This document shows positions 48,006 to 64,000 of a stretch of DNA of 64,000 bases, piece by piece. Position 1 is the first letter of the stretch. Each line of letters starts with the position of its first letter. The position numbers were made by a program, and so were the translations under genes. Below the pieces are notes generated by a model that was not told the origin of the DNA, searched no databases, and worked only from the letters and a program-made list of their open reading frames with translations. The DNA comes from the human T2T-CHM13v2.0 reference genome, Homo sapiens: NCBI RefSeq assembly GCF_009914755.1, contig NC_060939.1; one strand, written 5' to 3'.

Positions 48006-51000
48006 AAACAGCTACTTTTAATTCATCTTTATCTACACTTCACCTAGCACAGCACTTGGTAACTATTTTCAATGGTGTTCAAAGAGCCATTGCTCCTTCT
48101 TTTACCCCGTCGCGGTCAATGTAAATTTACCGATGACTTGTAAGGATATTTGTCACCTGTGAAGTACCATACAAATCTGAGGGATTATTTTTTTCTATTC
48201 TATTGTACATCAACAATATAAGTGGGGAATATTTCAGAGGAACAATCATATTGCTCTTTTATCTTTGCCAAAGGTTACATTAATTACATATCTGCTGTTG
48301 GGCAAAGCCCCCACAATGCCTTTTTGTTGTCATTTAGGATGACAGCAGGCAAGTGTAGAATCACTGAGCTCACATTACTGAAACACTTCATATGGTGGTA
48401 GGCATAGAGTAGATGCTTAACAGAAATTTCTCTGAAACTGTATGCCCATCCATTGCCACATTTCTCATATCTACTGACTCACTTCTCTTGGACTAGGAAT
48501 CCTTTATTCTCACTTTTTATTTTATTAATGTAGGCACTGTTTTCTCACCGAAGGATGAAGATAAACAGCTCTTCATCTTTATTCTCTTATTATGTCTCCA
48601 CATTTTCTTCCCTATTGCTTTTCCACCTTTCCCTGTCTTCTGTCTGACTTCCACTGATGAGGTAATGTCTTCTCCACTCTTGTCCTCTCTGCATCTTCAT
48701 TCCTCTCTATCTATTGTATCATAATGACCTTTCTCTGCTTAAAAAGGAAAAAAAAAAAAAGAAACTTCCATAATTTTTAAAAATTTAATGCCTGGTAATC
48801 ACCAGTTCACAGACTGAAGGGAATATTCCTTCTTCCACCTCCAGCTTAGGTATCATCTACTTTTTTCAATGCTTCACGATTTACATCAGCATTTTATTGT
48901 AAGTCTATAGATTTCCACTGAAACGTTTGAAACATATAAAATATTACATTTCAATTTTAACAAAAACAGTGTAAGCCCTCTGTCTAAAATACTTCTCTCA
49001 GGGACCCACCGCCACCCAGAAAGTTACAGTTTTCCTACTATCCTAGCAGATTTTGTTGCAAATATGTAGGCAGATTTTTATTTTCAGGTGGAAGTGAACT
49101 GAATTAAAAGTGAAGGTAAATCCTTCTCATCTGATTAAAAATATTATAACTATTTCAGATGTTCTATATCAAGTTCTGTATTTCTCACTGCATTTTAAAT
49201 AAGGATTCATTTTTGAATGTTGATTGTAAAAATAAGATCATAAAATTAAAATGGAAATAAAGAAGTATGCCATCTCCTATCAAATAGCACATCAACTTTT
49301 ATTTCTCTATGCTTTTTAGTATTTTTCTTTATGCTTTCATCCCAGTAATTACAATGCAAATTTAAGTTTTTATTGTTTTCATTTCACATTTTATCAAGAA
49401 CATTTATCTGTTGCTACATATCCTTCAAAATTATCATTAAGTAATGATATACTGTTTCAGTAAGTACATGCCTCATTATTTAATTAATTATTTAATCATT
49501 TTCTAAAATTTGGTGTTTTCTATTATTAATGTAAATATAAAATGACACACTGAGAAAAAATGATGAGATAGGCATGTAACAAATCACTTTTACATACTTT
49601 AATATAAGGCATAATTAAATATATGATTCATACTTGTATTCTACATGACATTCTGCAATAACTGTGTTTCAGTATTTACAGAAATTCTATAAAATATAGC
49701 CTCAAATAAGTAATGGTCACCAAAGGCTGTCCTCTCCTTTCCTGTGTATTTTTAATCTATGCTGTCATCTTTACTGAGTTCCCATTTTCTTATTCTAGGA
49801 CCCTAACCCAAAGCTATTTTATGTTTTTACTTCTGTGTAATACAATTTGGCAGTCCACTGCTATTTATTCAACTTTTGGCAGAGAGAGAAAATAATAATA
49901 ATGGCAGGGTCCAATTCTGATCCAGACTAGGACAGTAAGTGTGTTTTGAGTCCAACTCTCGTCTCCACACTTGTCTGTGCATCATCCCACCAAAAGACAT
50001 TGGCCATCCCCAGGGTGTTAGATCTGCCCTCTGCTTGAGAAGTGACTGTCATGAGGTTTTCATACCTTCCACACTGACTAAAGACTTCAAGGCTATTTGG
50101 GAGACTGTAAAGAGTTCCCTGTGGCTGCAGCCGTGACTGACCTGGGTCCCGATACTCTCTAAGTCTCATTTACTTTATCTAGAAATGAAGGGAATCATGG
50201 CTAGTCTCCACAGAATTTACATAGACCCTGTAGTGCAGTCATGGAATATTCTGGAAATGAGAAGAGATTGCAATTTACATGTACCAACAAAATTACTCTT
50301 CAAAGACTTTCCAGCTCTCTCAGACATTCCCAAGATAGGTTGTGGGGTATGGCTATGTAATCCAAAGTTTTGACAAGACTTACATTTAGACGCACAGGCT
50401 GTTGCCCGTGAATATTTACCTGGCTAGCCTGAACTTCAGTTTGATTTTAAAGACTTTTAAGCTATATTATAGAAAATGCAAGGTTGCATGCACAGCTAAA
50501 ATAAAGAAGCAACAGTTATAATAAAATGTAAATATAAGGTACTACTTATATTTCTAGCTATAAACTGAAAAATTAGATTGTTGGGAAAGACATTTTCATC
50601 AGAAATATTTAATGGCAAGAATATAGCATATTAATATTGTATTGGAAATACTCAGCTGTTTATGGAATAACAGATTTTAAAAATTTACTTGCCATTAATA
50701 TGGCTACTGTTGTTCTATATACTGTATATAATATGTAACTTTAAGGTTTACAAGTCATTACTCGTTGCTAAATTATAAGTGCTTTTATCTCTTTTCATAA
50801 ATCAACACTAATAAGTAGTTTTTTTCTAGTATGACAGAGTTAGATATAGTTCCAGATATAGTTCTCTATTCCTGAAAACTAGAGTAGAAAAAAACGTGTA
50901 AGTGTAAAGAGTATATCAGTCAAGTTCTTCATGAAAGCCAAATAAAAAGATTATGAACCTTAAGATCTTTCATGAATAGTTTCTCAGGTATCCTACATCA

Positions 51001-51169
51001 AAACTTGTACAGGTCCCATATGACAATAATTGTCCTTTATTCATGCAGTTATACATTCATCAATACACTTATACCATCAAGATTTTTATTATTATTATGT
51101 GATAGTAGTGGTTATAGTGCTGAAAGAGCAGAGGTTGTACTTCCTCAAAGGAGATCCCTTGATTCTTGA

Positions 51170-52530
51170 GAATACCTAAAAGAAATGTTTTGCTTCCAGC
51201 AGCAAGGCTCACTAGGTATTCAGAGAAAATCCTCTAAAGTAATCCTGAACAAAATGAATATATTCCAGAGGCTGGGGTAGGGGGATGGCTTGGAGCCTGG
51301 GGGAGAGAGGTTACAGTAGGCCGAGATTGCACCACTGCACTCCAGCCTAGGCATCAGAGCCAGACCCAGTCAATCTGTTTCTCTCTCTATAGTTTATATA
51401 TATAATTTATATAAAATATATTTTATTATATATATTTATCATACAATATAAATTATATGTATCATATATATTATATATAAAATACATAAGTGTGTGGGTG
51501 TGCCTGTGTGTCTGTGTGTGTTTGTCTGTGTGTGTGTGTATTACAATGTGTTTGACTTGGTGGCAATTCAGAAAAATTCATCTGCAATGGTAAGGAAGCA
51601 TGAACCCAAGACACTAGCATCTGTCATATCTGGTGGCCTGTGGTGCTAATTTTAATGGCTATTGGCAGGGACAGAAGGCAAAGAATGAATTCTTAGAGAA
51701 TGAAGTCATATAACCTATGTATCACAATGAACCCGAAGCTAGCGATTTAGTTTAAAATGATTCCAGATTGTGATTTATTCTAGGTTCTTGGAAGAAGCAA
51801 ACACAAATCTCTCAGCCCACAGATAATTATAATAATGTTTCAAAAGTATAAATTCAAAATCAAAATTCTAGACATAGGAGGAAAAAAGAACCAAGAGCAT
51901 GACTCATCAGAAAGAACAGAGAAGCAGATCGCCAATACTGAAGATATAATGTTACATTCATCAGATTCGCAATAAAAAGAAATTATTTTAATATTTTTAA
52001 CAAGACAAAGGAATTACAGGAATATTAAAGCACAGAGACTATTCAAAGTTGACAAAACTAAAGTGAAAAGAGAATCAATAGCAAAAGAAAATAGTAATGT
52101 AACAATTGGGCTAAGCACCAGATTGAACACATTTGAAGAGACAATTTATGAACTAGAATATAGAGCTGAATAAATTAGAATGCAACCTGGAGATATGAAA
52201 AGATGGAAAACACAAAAAAGAGATAAGAATCAAGGAAGAAAGTCTGAGCCATTCCAACATATTAAGTCCAAAATACTGTAATAGAGAAAATGGACAATGA
52301 AGTAATATGTGAGGGGATATAGCTGAGAACTGAAAAGGCACTAATTCTTAGATACAGGAAGCTCAAAAAAGTCCCACCCAAAGTAAGTAATAAAAAATCC
52401 ACATGTAGAAATACTATAGTAAAACTGCAGAAAACCGGAGACAGAATTCTTTAAAGTAGCCATGAAGTAAAAACAGAATATCTGCAAAGAAAAGACAATT
52501 TGATTGCTGTCAGATGATTTAATTTTCTTC
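51170..52530 (+). mobile_element. Ancient L1ME/HAL1-like 5' and ORF1 fragment
   Basis: cagattgaacacatttgaagagacaatttatgaactagaatatagagctgaa...aaaaatccacatgtaga...atagtaaaactgcagaaa is ORF1-like. Confidence 0.55.
51260..51371 (+). mobile_element. Old Alu right-arm fragment (FRAM/AluJ-like)
   Basis: gaggctggggtagggggatggcttggagcctgg...gccgagattgcaccactgcactccagcctagg, followed by TA- and TG-rich low-complexity sequence. Confidence 0.8.
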
Positions 52531-52959
52531 ACTGGACTTCAGATGCAGATTAAGTTATGGTTATATTGCAATCTTATTTGTTCCCCCAAGGCTCTTTAAA
52601 AATTTTTTTCTAAATCATTTCTTCATTGTTTTTCCCATTTTTCATTCTCATTCTCCCACCCCATAAATATTCTAGTATGTATCAAGTGAATAATCATTAC
52701 TTGCATGTATGTGTTCTTGTAAAATTTGTATAAAATAAGAAGATACTAGGTTATCTATCTCATTTTGCTTCTTACTTTCTTTACTCAGCTCTGTTGTTAG
52801 GATCCATTCTTTCTATGCTGTGTACCTCTCTCATTTCTTCTGATTGCTGACTAGAACTCTATGGTGTACATCCACAGTAATTTAACTATCTTGGTAACCA
52901 GATTGTCTCTAATATTTCACCATTAGCAAAAACAAAAGTAGTTGAATATATACATGCAC

Positions 52960-53575
52960 CATTTACAACAGCTAAAATTTGGAAGCAACTTATGTGTCCA
53001 TCAACAGATGGATGGATAAAGAAAATGTTATACACAATGGAGTCCTATTCAGCCATTAAAAGGAATGGGATCCTGTCATTTGCAACAATATGGATGGAAC
53101 TGGAGATTATTATGTTAAGTAAAACAAATCCAGCACAGAAAGACAAACATCACATTTTTTCACATAGTCATGGGACATAAAAATCAAGACAATTGAACCA
53201 ATGGATATAGTGAGTAGAAAGATGGTTACCAGAGGCTGGGGAGGTTTGCAGGGGTTGGGGGGAAGGTGGGATGGTTCATGGGTACAAAAAATATATATAG
53301 ACATAATGAATGAGATCTACTATTTGATAGCACAACAGGGTAACTATAGTCAATAACTTAATTGTACGTTTTAAAATAACTTAAATAGTGTAATTGAATT
53401 GTTTGTAATTCAAAGGATAAATGCTTGGGGGGGATGGATATCCCATTCTCCATGATGTGCATATTTCACATTGCCTGCCTATATCAAAACATCTCTATGT
53501 TCTCCCTAAATATGTGCACCTACTATGTACTCACAAAAATTAAAAATAAAAAAATTTAAAATTAAAGTAAAAAGA
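52960..53575 (+). mobile_element. L1MA (L1MA1-3-like) 3' end
   Basis: gtgtccatcaacagatggatggataaag...tcatttgcaacaatatggatggaactggag...gatggttaccagaggctgg...ctactatgtactcacaaaaattaaaaataaaaaaa. Confidence 0.9.
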
Positions 53576-53599
53576 AAGTTAATTTACTTAAATTTGATT

Positions 53600-55700
53600 T
53601 TCTTAAATAAGATAAATGCAATAAAATTTTGATTAAGACTGCATTAGATTTTTACATTAATCTGGAAAGAACTGATTACATTAGAATTTCCTGTCTAATA
53701 ATGAGGACAATTCCTCTCCTTATTTAGATGTCCTGTGTCTTTCACTGTAGCTTCAGTGCTTTCTTCACAGAAGTATTATGCATGCTAAAGTAAGTTGTCT
53801 AGATATTTGTATTTTTCTCTTATGTAAAGTCTATCTTTAATTATGATTCCCAGTTTATATTAGTGTGAAAAAGATTATTTTGATGTTAATTTTGTATCCA
53901 AAGTTCTAAACTTCCCCCAGTTTTCTAGTAGTGTTGTTGTTGATCTGTTTGGTTTTTAGATAATCATATCACCTGACAAAAATAACAGTTTAAAATTTTT
54001 ATTTCCTTATAGCATTGGGCAACACCACCAGTCTTTATTCAAGAGTATGGCAAAAATGTGTACTTTGTAGTATTCCTGATTTTTAAAAGAAGTCATCGGA
54101 GGTTACTTCAGGTATTTGATATATAAACTTACATATTTAAGAAAATCTGCTTTTATTCAAAGATTAAGAGTTTTTAATCATTAATAAGCATTAAACTTTT
54201 TAAAGTATTTTTCATCAATTGAAATAGTTATTTAAATGTTCTCTTTAAAGTTTATTCAAATGGCAAATTTTAATAATTTATTTCTCAATGTAGAACCATC
54301 TTTGAATTCCTAAACTGTACGATTGACACTACATTTGGTAAGTTAATATTTCATGAGAATTTTTGCATGTATGTTCATGAATAAAATGGTCCACTAACAT
54401 TCTTTTTATATAGTTTGACTATAATATGGTTAATGAATTAAGATTAAATAAATTATAAAATGACCCACGAAGCAATCTTTCTCTATTGCTTTCAAAAACA
54501 TATATGAAAGCAATTATTTCTTTAAATAATTTAAAGAAAATATCTGAAAAATCATCTTTTTTTCCCCACCTTTGAAGGGGAAAATTATTTTTATGTACAT
54601 AATACCACAGAAGTCTATTCAAGTTATCTATCCCTCACTGTACCAATTTTGATTATTTTATACATTTTAGTAATTTATTTTACCCCATATTTTGTCATGT
54701 AGAGTTGTTAATAAATCTTCTACTTGCTATGTTATTATGAATTTTTTCAAATTTTCTCTTTTGTTAATTTGCATATTATTTCTTGTTAGTCTTGCCAATA
54801 ATTTATCTATATTATTAATTTTTAAGGAACTAGATTTTATTTAAATTTTCTAAACTTTTATTATTGTCCTGTATTTCATTTATTAGACAAATTATTCTAG
54901 ATTTCTTATGTCTTTCTTTTTACACTTTTTAAGTTGAAAGCTTAGGTTATTTGCTTTTAACTTATCTTGTTTCCTGATATACACATTTTAAGTAATATAT
55001 TTTTCTAAATACTGCTTTAGTTCTTACACAAAAGTGAGCATTAAATATTTTCATTTTCATGCAATTCTAAGTATTTCTAAAATCTGTTTTTTCCTTTGTA
55101 AAATAATAATTTATAGTGAGGTACTATTTTGGTTTCAAAAAATAAGAGATATCATTATGCCATTGAAAATACTAGTTTTTAGTTTATTAAACTTCTTTAA
55201 TAAAGATAGTTTGATATATTTTGTTTGAAATTAATTGAAGTTTTCATTCATAATCTAATTTGTGGTTCTTTTAAAAACATTTTTGTTTGCTTCTAAAATA
55301 TGACCAGAAATAGATATTTCATATATACATATGTACATATGTATTATTAGTAATGGTATTGTTCATATCTCTAATTTCTGCATAATTTTGTTAACATCTT
55401 CAAATATGCAGTTAATTTATGTGATTCTCTCTGTAGTTTTACCAGTTCTACTTTGCTCTAATTTAAGGCTGTATTGTTAAGCATATTTTTATCATTTTTT
55501 TGTTTCAGTAGAAAACTGTATTTTTCTCTTTTTCCTTTACACAAATAGATTTACATATTAAAATAACTGGCCACATTTTTTTTTTGGTTTATATTTTCCT
55601 GGTATAAGCTTGCCTATCCCTCTTTTGAAGTTTGCTGGGTTTTTGAATGGCAAGATGCTCTTGGGTCTTTTTTGCTTCTTAAATCCAAGCTCAGAGACCA
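53600..55700 (-). mobile_element. Highly decayed L1ME ORF2 (antisense)
   Basis: tttgattaagactgcattagatt...tccttatttagatgtcc, atgagaatttttgcatgtatgttcatgaa and aaatactgctttag are typical antisense L1M blocks. Confidence 0.6.
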
Positions 55701-56199
55701 TATATTTTAATTGACAGTTAAATATTTATATCAAGACAGGAATAGGTTTAAAAGTTATTTCTAACTTTACGGTCTCAATTGTAAAAGAAGTATAAGTAAA
55801 ATTCTCAAATTGTATAAGAAGACTTCAACTACTCTCCTACTTCATATTCCCAAAATTTGAGCTCAAGACCCCCATCTCTCCTTAGCATCAAAACATTGTC
55901 GCTCTCCTCTAACTCTCTTTTTTGGCTTCTAAGAGGTTCTTTATATTGTGTGGGGTAGGGAAAAATAAATGTTATATATGACCACTTATTTTATCACAAA
56001 ATCTTTCACGGCTTGCATTTGGGCTGTGGCTTTTTAATTCAAAAGCTAAGGATTTAACATCTTTGCTGTCTGGCACCCGCCTGATATAATAGATATTTTA
56101 GATCAACAACCAGATGGAGACTGATCACTTGTTTGGGGAAAAGGAAGTACAGCGATTAATGCCTTCCCATTTCATCCACTGCACCAAGAAGTCTATTCT

Positions 56200-56345
56200 A
56201 ATTTAGGGTGACAGTGAATGTGGTCTGGCCAGCGAGCCTGTAAAGTTCTTGAAATCAGAGACTTTTGCTTATTTTTATTTATTCTGTGCCCAGCTCAGTG
56301 TTTGGCATATCAGAGGCAACAAGCAATACGTATTGAATGAATTTC
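56200..56345 (+). mobile_element. L2 3' end
   Basis: ctgtaaagttcttgaaatcagagactttt...gcccagctcagtgtttggcatat...tattgaatgaat. Confidence 0.7.
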
Positions 56346-57150
56346 ATAGTAATACAGTAGCTCACACTCCACCAATAATGTGGAAATGTCAGCTTAAAAA
56401 CTTAACTGCATAAAGTCTGGGATAACATTACTGCAAAATTAATGAAATGACTAAAAACATCAAGCATGTTTTACAGACCAGGAGTCCCGAGAATTAGCTA
56501 CATAATCCAAATCTGTCCCAACCCAACTGTACTTGATTATTAAATGGTGGTAACTTTCTGATGTGCCTTAAAATGTTATCAGAAATAATTCTGAGTCCAG
56601 TACCAGACAGATCTGTCAAGGTGGAAGCAACAATTCCAAGAATCTTCCAGGTGTTGACCTCTGCTTCACAGACTCACTCCAGGAGGATTCTGTTGATCTG
56701 GGAGCCTCTGCTTTGCTGCCTGCTTGCTTCTTTGGCCTATAGGGGACTTCCTACCATATTCTGCATGCACATGGCCTTCTCCACATTTCTCTCCTGCCCC
56801 CCTAAGATAATAGCCTGCTATCTTTGAGAAAAGTGACCAGCCAGAGGAGAGGAGCCACATACCAACGAAGTTATATTCAAATTTATTTTAATTCAAAAAT
56901 GTTACAGCAATTTTACTCTACTTTGTTATAGTCTACTTATAATAAAAGTAATTGGGAAGGAATGTCTCCCGGTTTAAACCTAGGCTGGAATAGAAGATTT
57001 TTGCTTAGCATCATGTCCATGACCTTCATCTAGGAAGCAAAATTATGATTTGTGATAAAACACTTGAATAATTTTTTGATAGACCTAAATGAGATTAAGA
57101 AATTCTGGGACACTAAGGTTGCCCATCCAGCTGGGTAAAAACGCTAAAAA

Positions 57151-57250
57151 TACATACATACATACATACATACATACATACATACATACATACATACATA
57201 AAAACATACAAACATACATATAATAAAATACATACATACATATATATATG
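57151..57250 (+). repeat. (TACA)n microsatellite
   Basis: (TACA)12 followed by degenerate units. Confidence 0.95.
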
Positions 57251-57339
57251 GGTCTAACAATAATTATCTAATCACTTTGTTAGATGATACCTTTGAATAA
57301 TCTTATTTTAAGAACTCTTTTTCTTTAGGAAAAGTTTGC

Positions 57340-59150
<1,811 letters not shown>

Positions 59151-59705
59151 AAAACGTTTGCATAATCATTATTCTGCACCTGGAACAAACTGGGGATATG
59201 GCAAGTCCAAAGATAAACAAGCAATCATTGTATTCAAGAAGCTTATGAAGCAGATGACATCTTAACTGAATCTTTGATTTTACTGACTCAACAAGAACCC
59301 AGACTTAGTGAAGGATACTGAGAAGTAGGGAACTATGCTTGAAAAACTGAGAGACTTTATGTCCTCAGGTCCACTGCCAGGAAGCTGAACACATTATCCT
59401 TTTAGACCTCAATGGCAGGCTACATTTAAACATTTCCCTCTCATGTTTATGTTCTTTGACCTATTCCTGGAGATCTCATTTCCAGTCACCCAGTTAAAGC
59501 TATCACATCTAAATATAATCCCAATAGAAGAATGAATTTAGTAACATCTGATATGTTACTCTCAAAAGATTTATTCAGAAGAGTTTGTAGCCTCTTATTA
59601 TTTTCTTTTTTGTTCAGTCCAGAACCAAAGTACTAAATGCCAGTTAATTACTCTGCTGACTCAGAACCTAAAGAAGTTGTATGTGTTTAGCTGAATATCA
59701 AAGCA

Positions 59706-59748
59706 AAGAGAGAGAGAGAGAGACAGAGACAGACAGACATAAAGAGAG
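59706..59748 (+). repeat. (GA)n/(GACA)n microsatellite
   Basis: Read directly. Confidence 0.85.
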
Positions 59749-60579
59749 ATTCAACTCAAGCTGCAGATGGTACCAAGATGAACCCAGCTAAGACGTGGTT
59801 GGTTCTCTTCCCCTAAACAAGGAATAATTTTTAAGTATATCTGCCATGATATAACAGGTTAACAACATAACATTAACTATTTGCTTCCAGCTTTTAAAAA
59901 AGACAGCTTTTGTTTAAGGCCTAGATAAAATTCTTGGTTCTTCATGGCTTTTTTCACAGCCTCCTGAAAAGGCAGTATTTTTCCAGTGCTGAAGGAGCTC
60001 ATAATTTAAACTGGCTGGTCCTGTCAAATTCAACTTGACAGAGCCACTGAGAAAATAAAGTCTATATTTCATTTGATATTTACAATACACATATTTCAGG
60101 CATTACAATTATGAAACCTACACTATTTTATTTAAAATAAAACTAAATCTGAGCACACATACCTATCCAATATCCCATGTCATTAAACACAGGTGACTCT
60201 ATATAAAATGCACTCAAGTGTTCAAGCCTTTATAGGAATTAATGAAAAGGGAGGATCTGAGTGAGCTAAAGTAAACATGAACTGTAACTTAAATAGTTTG
60301 ACTTGGTATATTTTACAGGTTATTTAAATTTATTGAACCACTTCTCCAAGAGAAATTGCTTTGTGCCCTTATAAGAGGAATCCCATGCAACATATACATA
60401 TGTAGTAACAAGTTAATAGTCATCCTATCCTATTATTGTGGCATTTAAATTTGTATTGTGATTTTTTTTTCTGCTGAAAAGTTAAAATTAACATAATAAT
60501 GCAAGATGATTCCATGGAATAAGTGAAGTGTGCTCTTACTAAAATTAGTAGATTAGAATCTGTTTTATCAATTATTTTA

Positions 60580-62123
60580 CTGTATGATCAATATTAAGTA
60601 CACAGAGTAATGTACTAAAACAATACAATGTATATAATGTTTAGTTCTATTTAACTAAACATTCATCATCAAATCATTTAGATCAAATTTTTATAATCAA
60701 CAAAGAATGCAAATCAAAATTAAGTCACAAAGAAAACTGCCTATTGTGCAAATATTTTAACCATGAAAACTATTTTTGGTCAAAAGTATATTTAAATTAC
60801 AAACAAAAATGTTATTAACACGAATGTGTTTGATAATTTTTTTAAAGTTCAAAATAAGTCATTGATGAAGAAATCATAATAGAAATTAGAAAACATTTGC
60901 TGCTGAACAACAAACATGATGTATAAAAACAAAATGTTATTGAATGCTTACATTAGAAAAGAATTAAAGATTAATAAGCCAAGCATCCATATCAAGATTT
61001 TAAGAAAATAAAAAATACCAAGAATTTAAGGAAATAAAAAATGGAATAAACTGGCCAAAAGTGGTAACAAATAAAGGATCAGAAAGTAATATCCTAAAAA
61101 CAATGCGGTAATAGGGAAGATTAAAAAGAAAATCAAGCAAAGAAAATGGTTCATTGGGATTTTTCTTCTAGCCAAGGTAGAGTAATAAACTCACGAAAGT
61201 GCAAAAAAAGAAAAGGAAGACGGGGAAGGAAGGAGGGCAGGAAACAAGGTCATATAAAAAATAAGGATTTGAAAGACACCAGACACAAATGAGATGAGCC
61301 TTCCTATCATCACTGACACAGGGTATTGACTTGAGAATGTTTTAAGATTGCAGCACAGGGAAGCAGAGCCCAGGTAAAGCCCAGCAGATTGCCTGACTTG
61401 AGGGGATGGAGCTGAGATTTTAGGAAGAATAGGACACTAGAGTTCACAGGATACAGTACCAAAGAGAAGAGATATATACACAGAGAGAAAGCTCTGGGGA
61501 CCTGCAGAAGAGCCCCTTCAAGTATTCAGCACAGCACTGATCAGCCTGTAAGTGTGAGGAAACTACCTCAGGCCAATGAAGGAAGCACCTACTCACAATT
61601 AAAGGTACTAGTGCCTGATGCCCACATAGAGCCAGGAATAGCACCTGTTTGTACCAGCCAGACTGGACGACTCAAGATTCATAGGGCAGAAGGCAGTGCA
61701 TTCAGAAGGGTCTGGCTTCAGTAGTGGGAAATAATTATTTCTAGAAAAACCTCTTCTCCAGTCTCTCCTGCAAAATATACACAAGATTCAAACAATTCAC
61801 TTTTATTCCCAAGGAATTTAACTTCATTCCAGAACAAAGCTCAAAATTTACAGGAATACAAAAATACCCAGCACCCAATAAGATAAAATGTACTATGTCT
61901 TGTGTCCAAACAAAGTTTACTTGGCATGCAAAGTGGCAGACAAGCATTATCTATAATAAGGAGAATAATCAATAAATCAAAACCAACCCAGAATATAGAT
62001 GTTAGAGTTAGCAAAGAGCCTTTAAAAAATTACTATAATGGCATTCCTTATGTTAAAAAACTTAGAGACATCAAAGCTATAAAGACCCAAATCAAACTTT
62101 GAGAGGTAAAATCTGCAATGCCT
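60580..62123 (+). mobile_element. Ancient L1M fragments (an ORF2 piece, then a 5' UTR/ORF1 start of L1MC/MD type)
   Basis: gaagaaatcataatagaaattagaaaacattt...aatgcttacattagaaaagaa; gagccccttcaagtattcagc...cactgatcagc; aaataaatcaaaaccaaccc...gatgttagagttagc. Confidence 0.55.

Positions 62124-64000
<1,877 letters not shown>

Overview
Primate genomic DNA (human or great-ape-like: AluY and a young L1PA are present), AT-rich and dominated by repeats, with no intact protein-coding gene that I can support. Main contents: (1) the 5' LTR and internal region of a MER4-group ERV1 on the minus strand (1-4276), carrying a decayed ERVL-type gag remnant. (2) Several solo LTRs (MER31/67-like, LTR9, LTR40/41-like, MLT1, MSTA, MER73/74-like, LTR33, LTR16), plus MER5, MER91 and MADE1 DNA elements, MIR and L2 relics, four full-length Alus and two Alu monomers/fragments. 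(3) A near-full-length L1MA nested in an older L1, a twin-primed (5'-inverted) L1PB, and a 5'-truncated young L1PA running off the right edge. (4) A decayed ERVL (HERV16-like) gag-pro-pol segment at about 43.1-45.2 kb. (5) A processed pseudogene of cytochrome b5 type B (CYB5B) at about 57.34-59.15 kb. I found no evidence of a new multi-gene system. The most interesting signals are mutational scars (a 296-bp orphan insertion with a templated 22-bp copy, a template-switch triplication, a twin-primed L1), the class III-like gag inside a class I ERV, the CYB5B retrocopy, and a few unverified candidate exons or regulatory clusters. Repeat subfamily names come from recalled consensus sequences, not a database search, and boundaries of old repeats are approximate.
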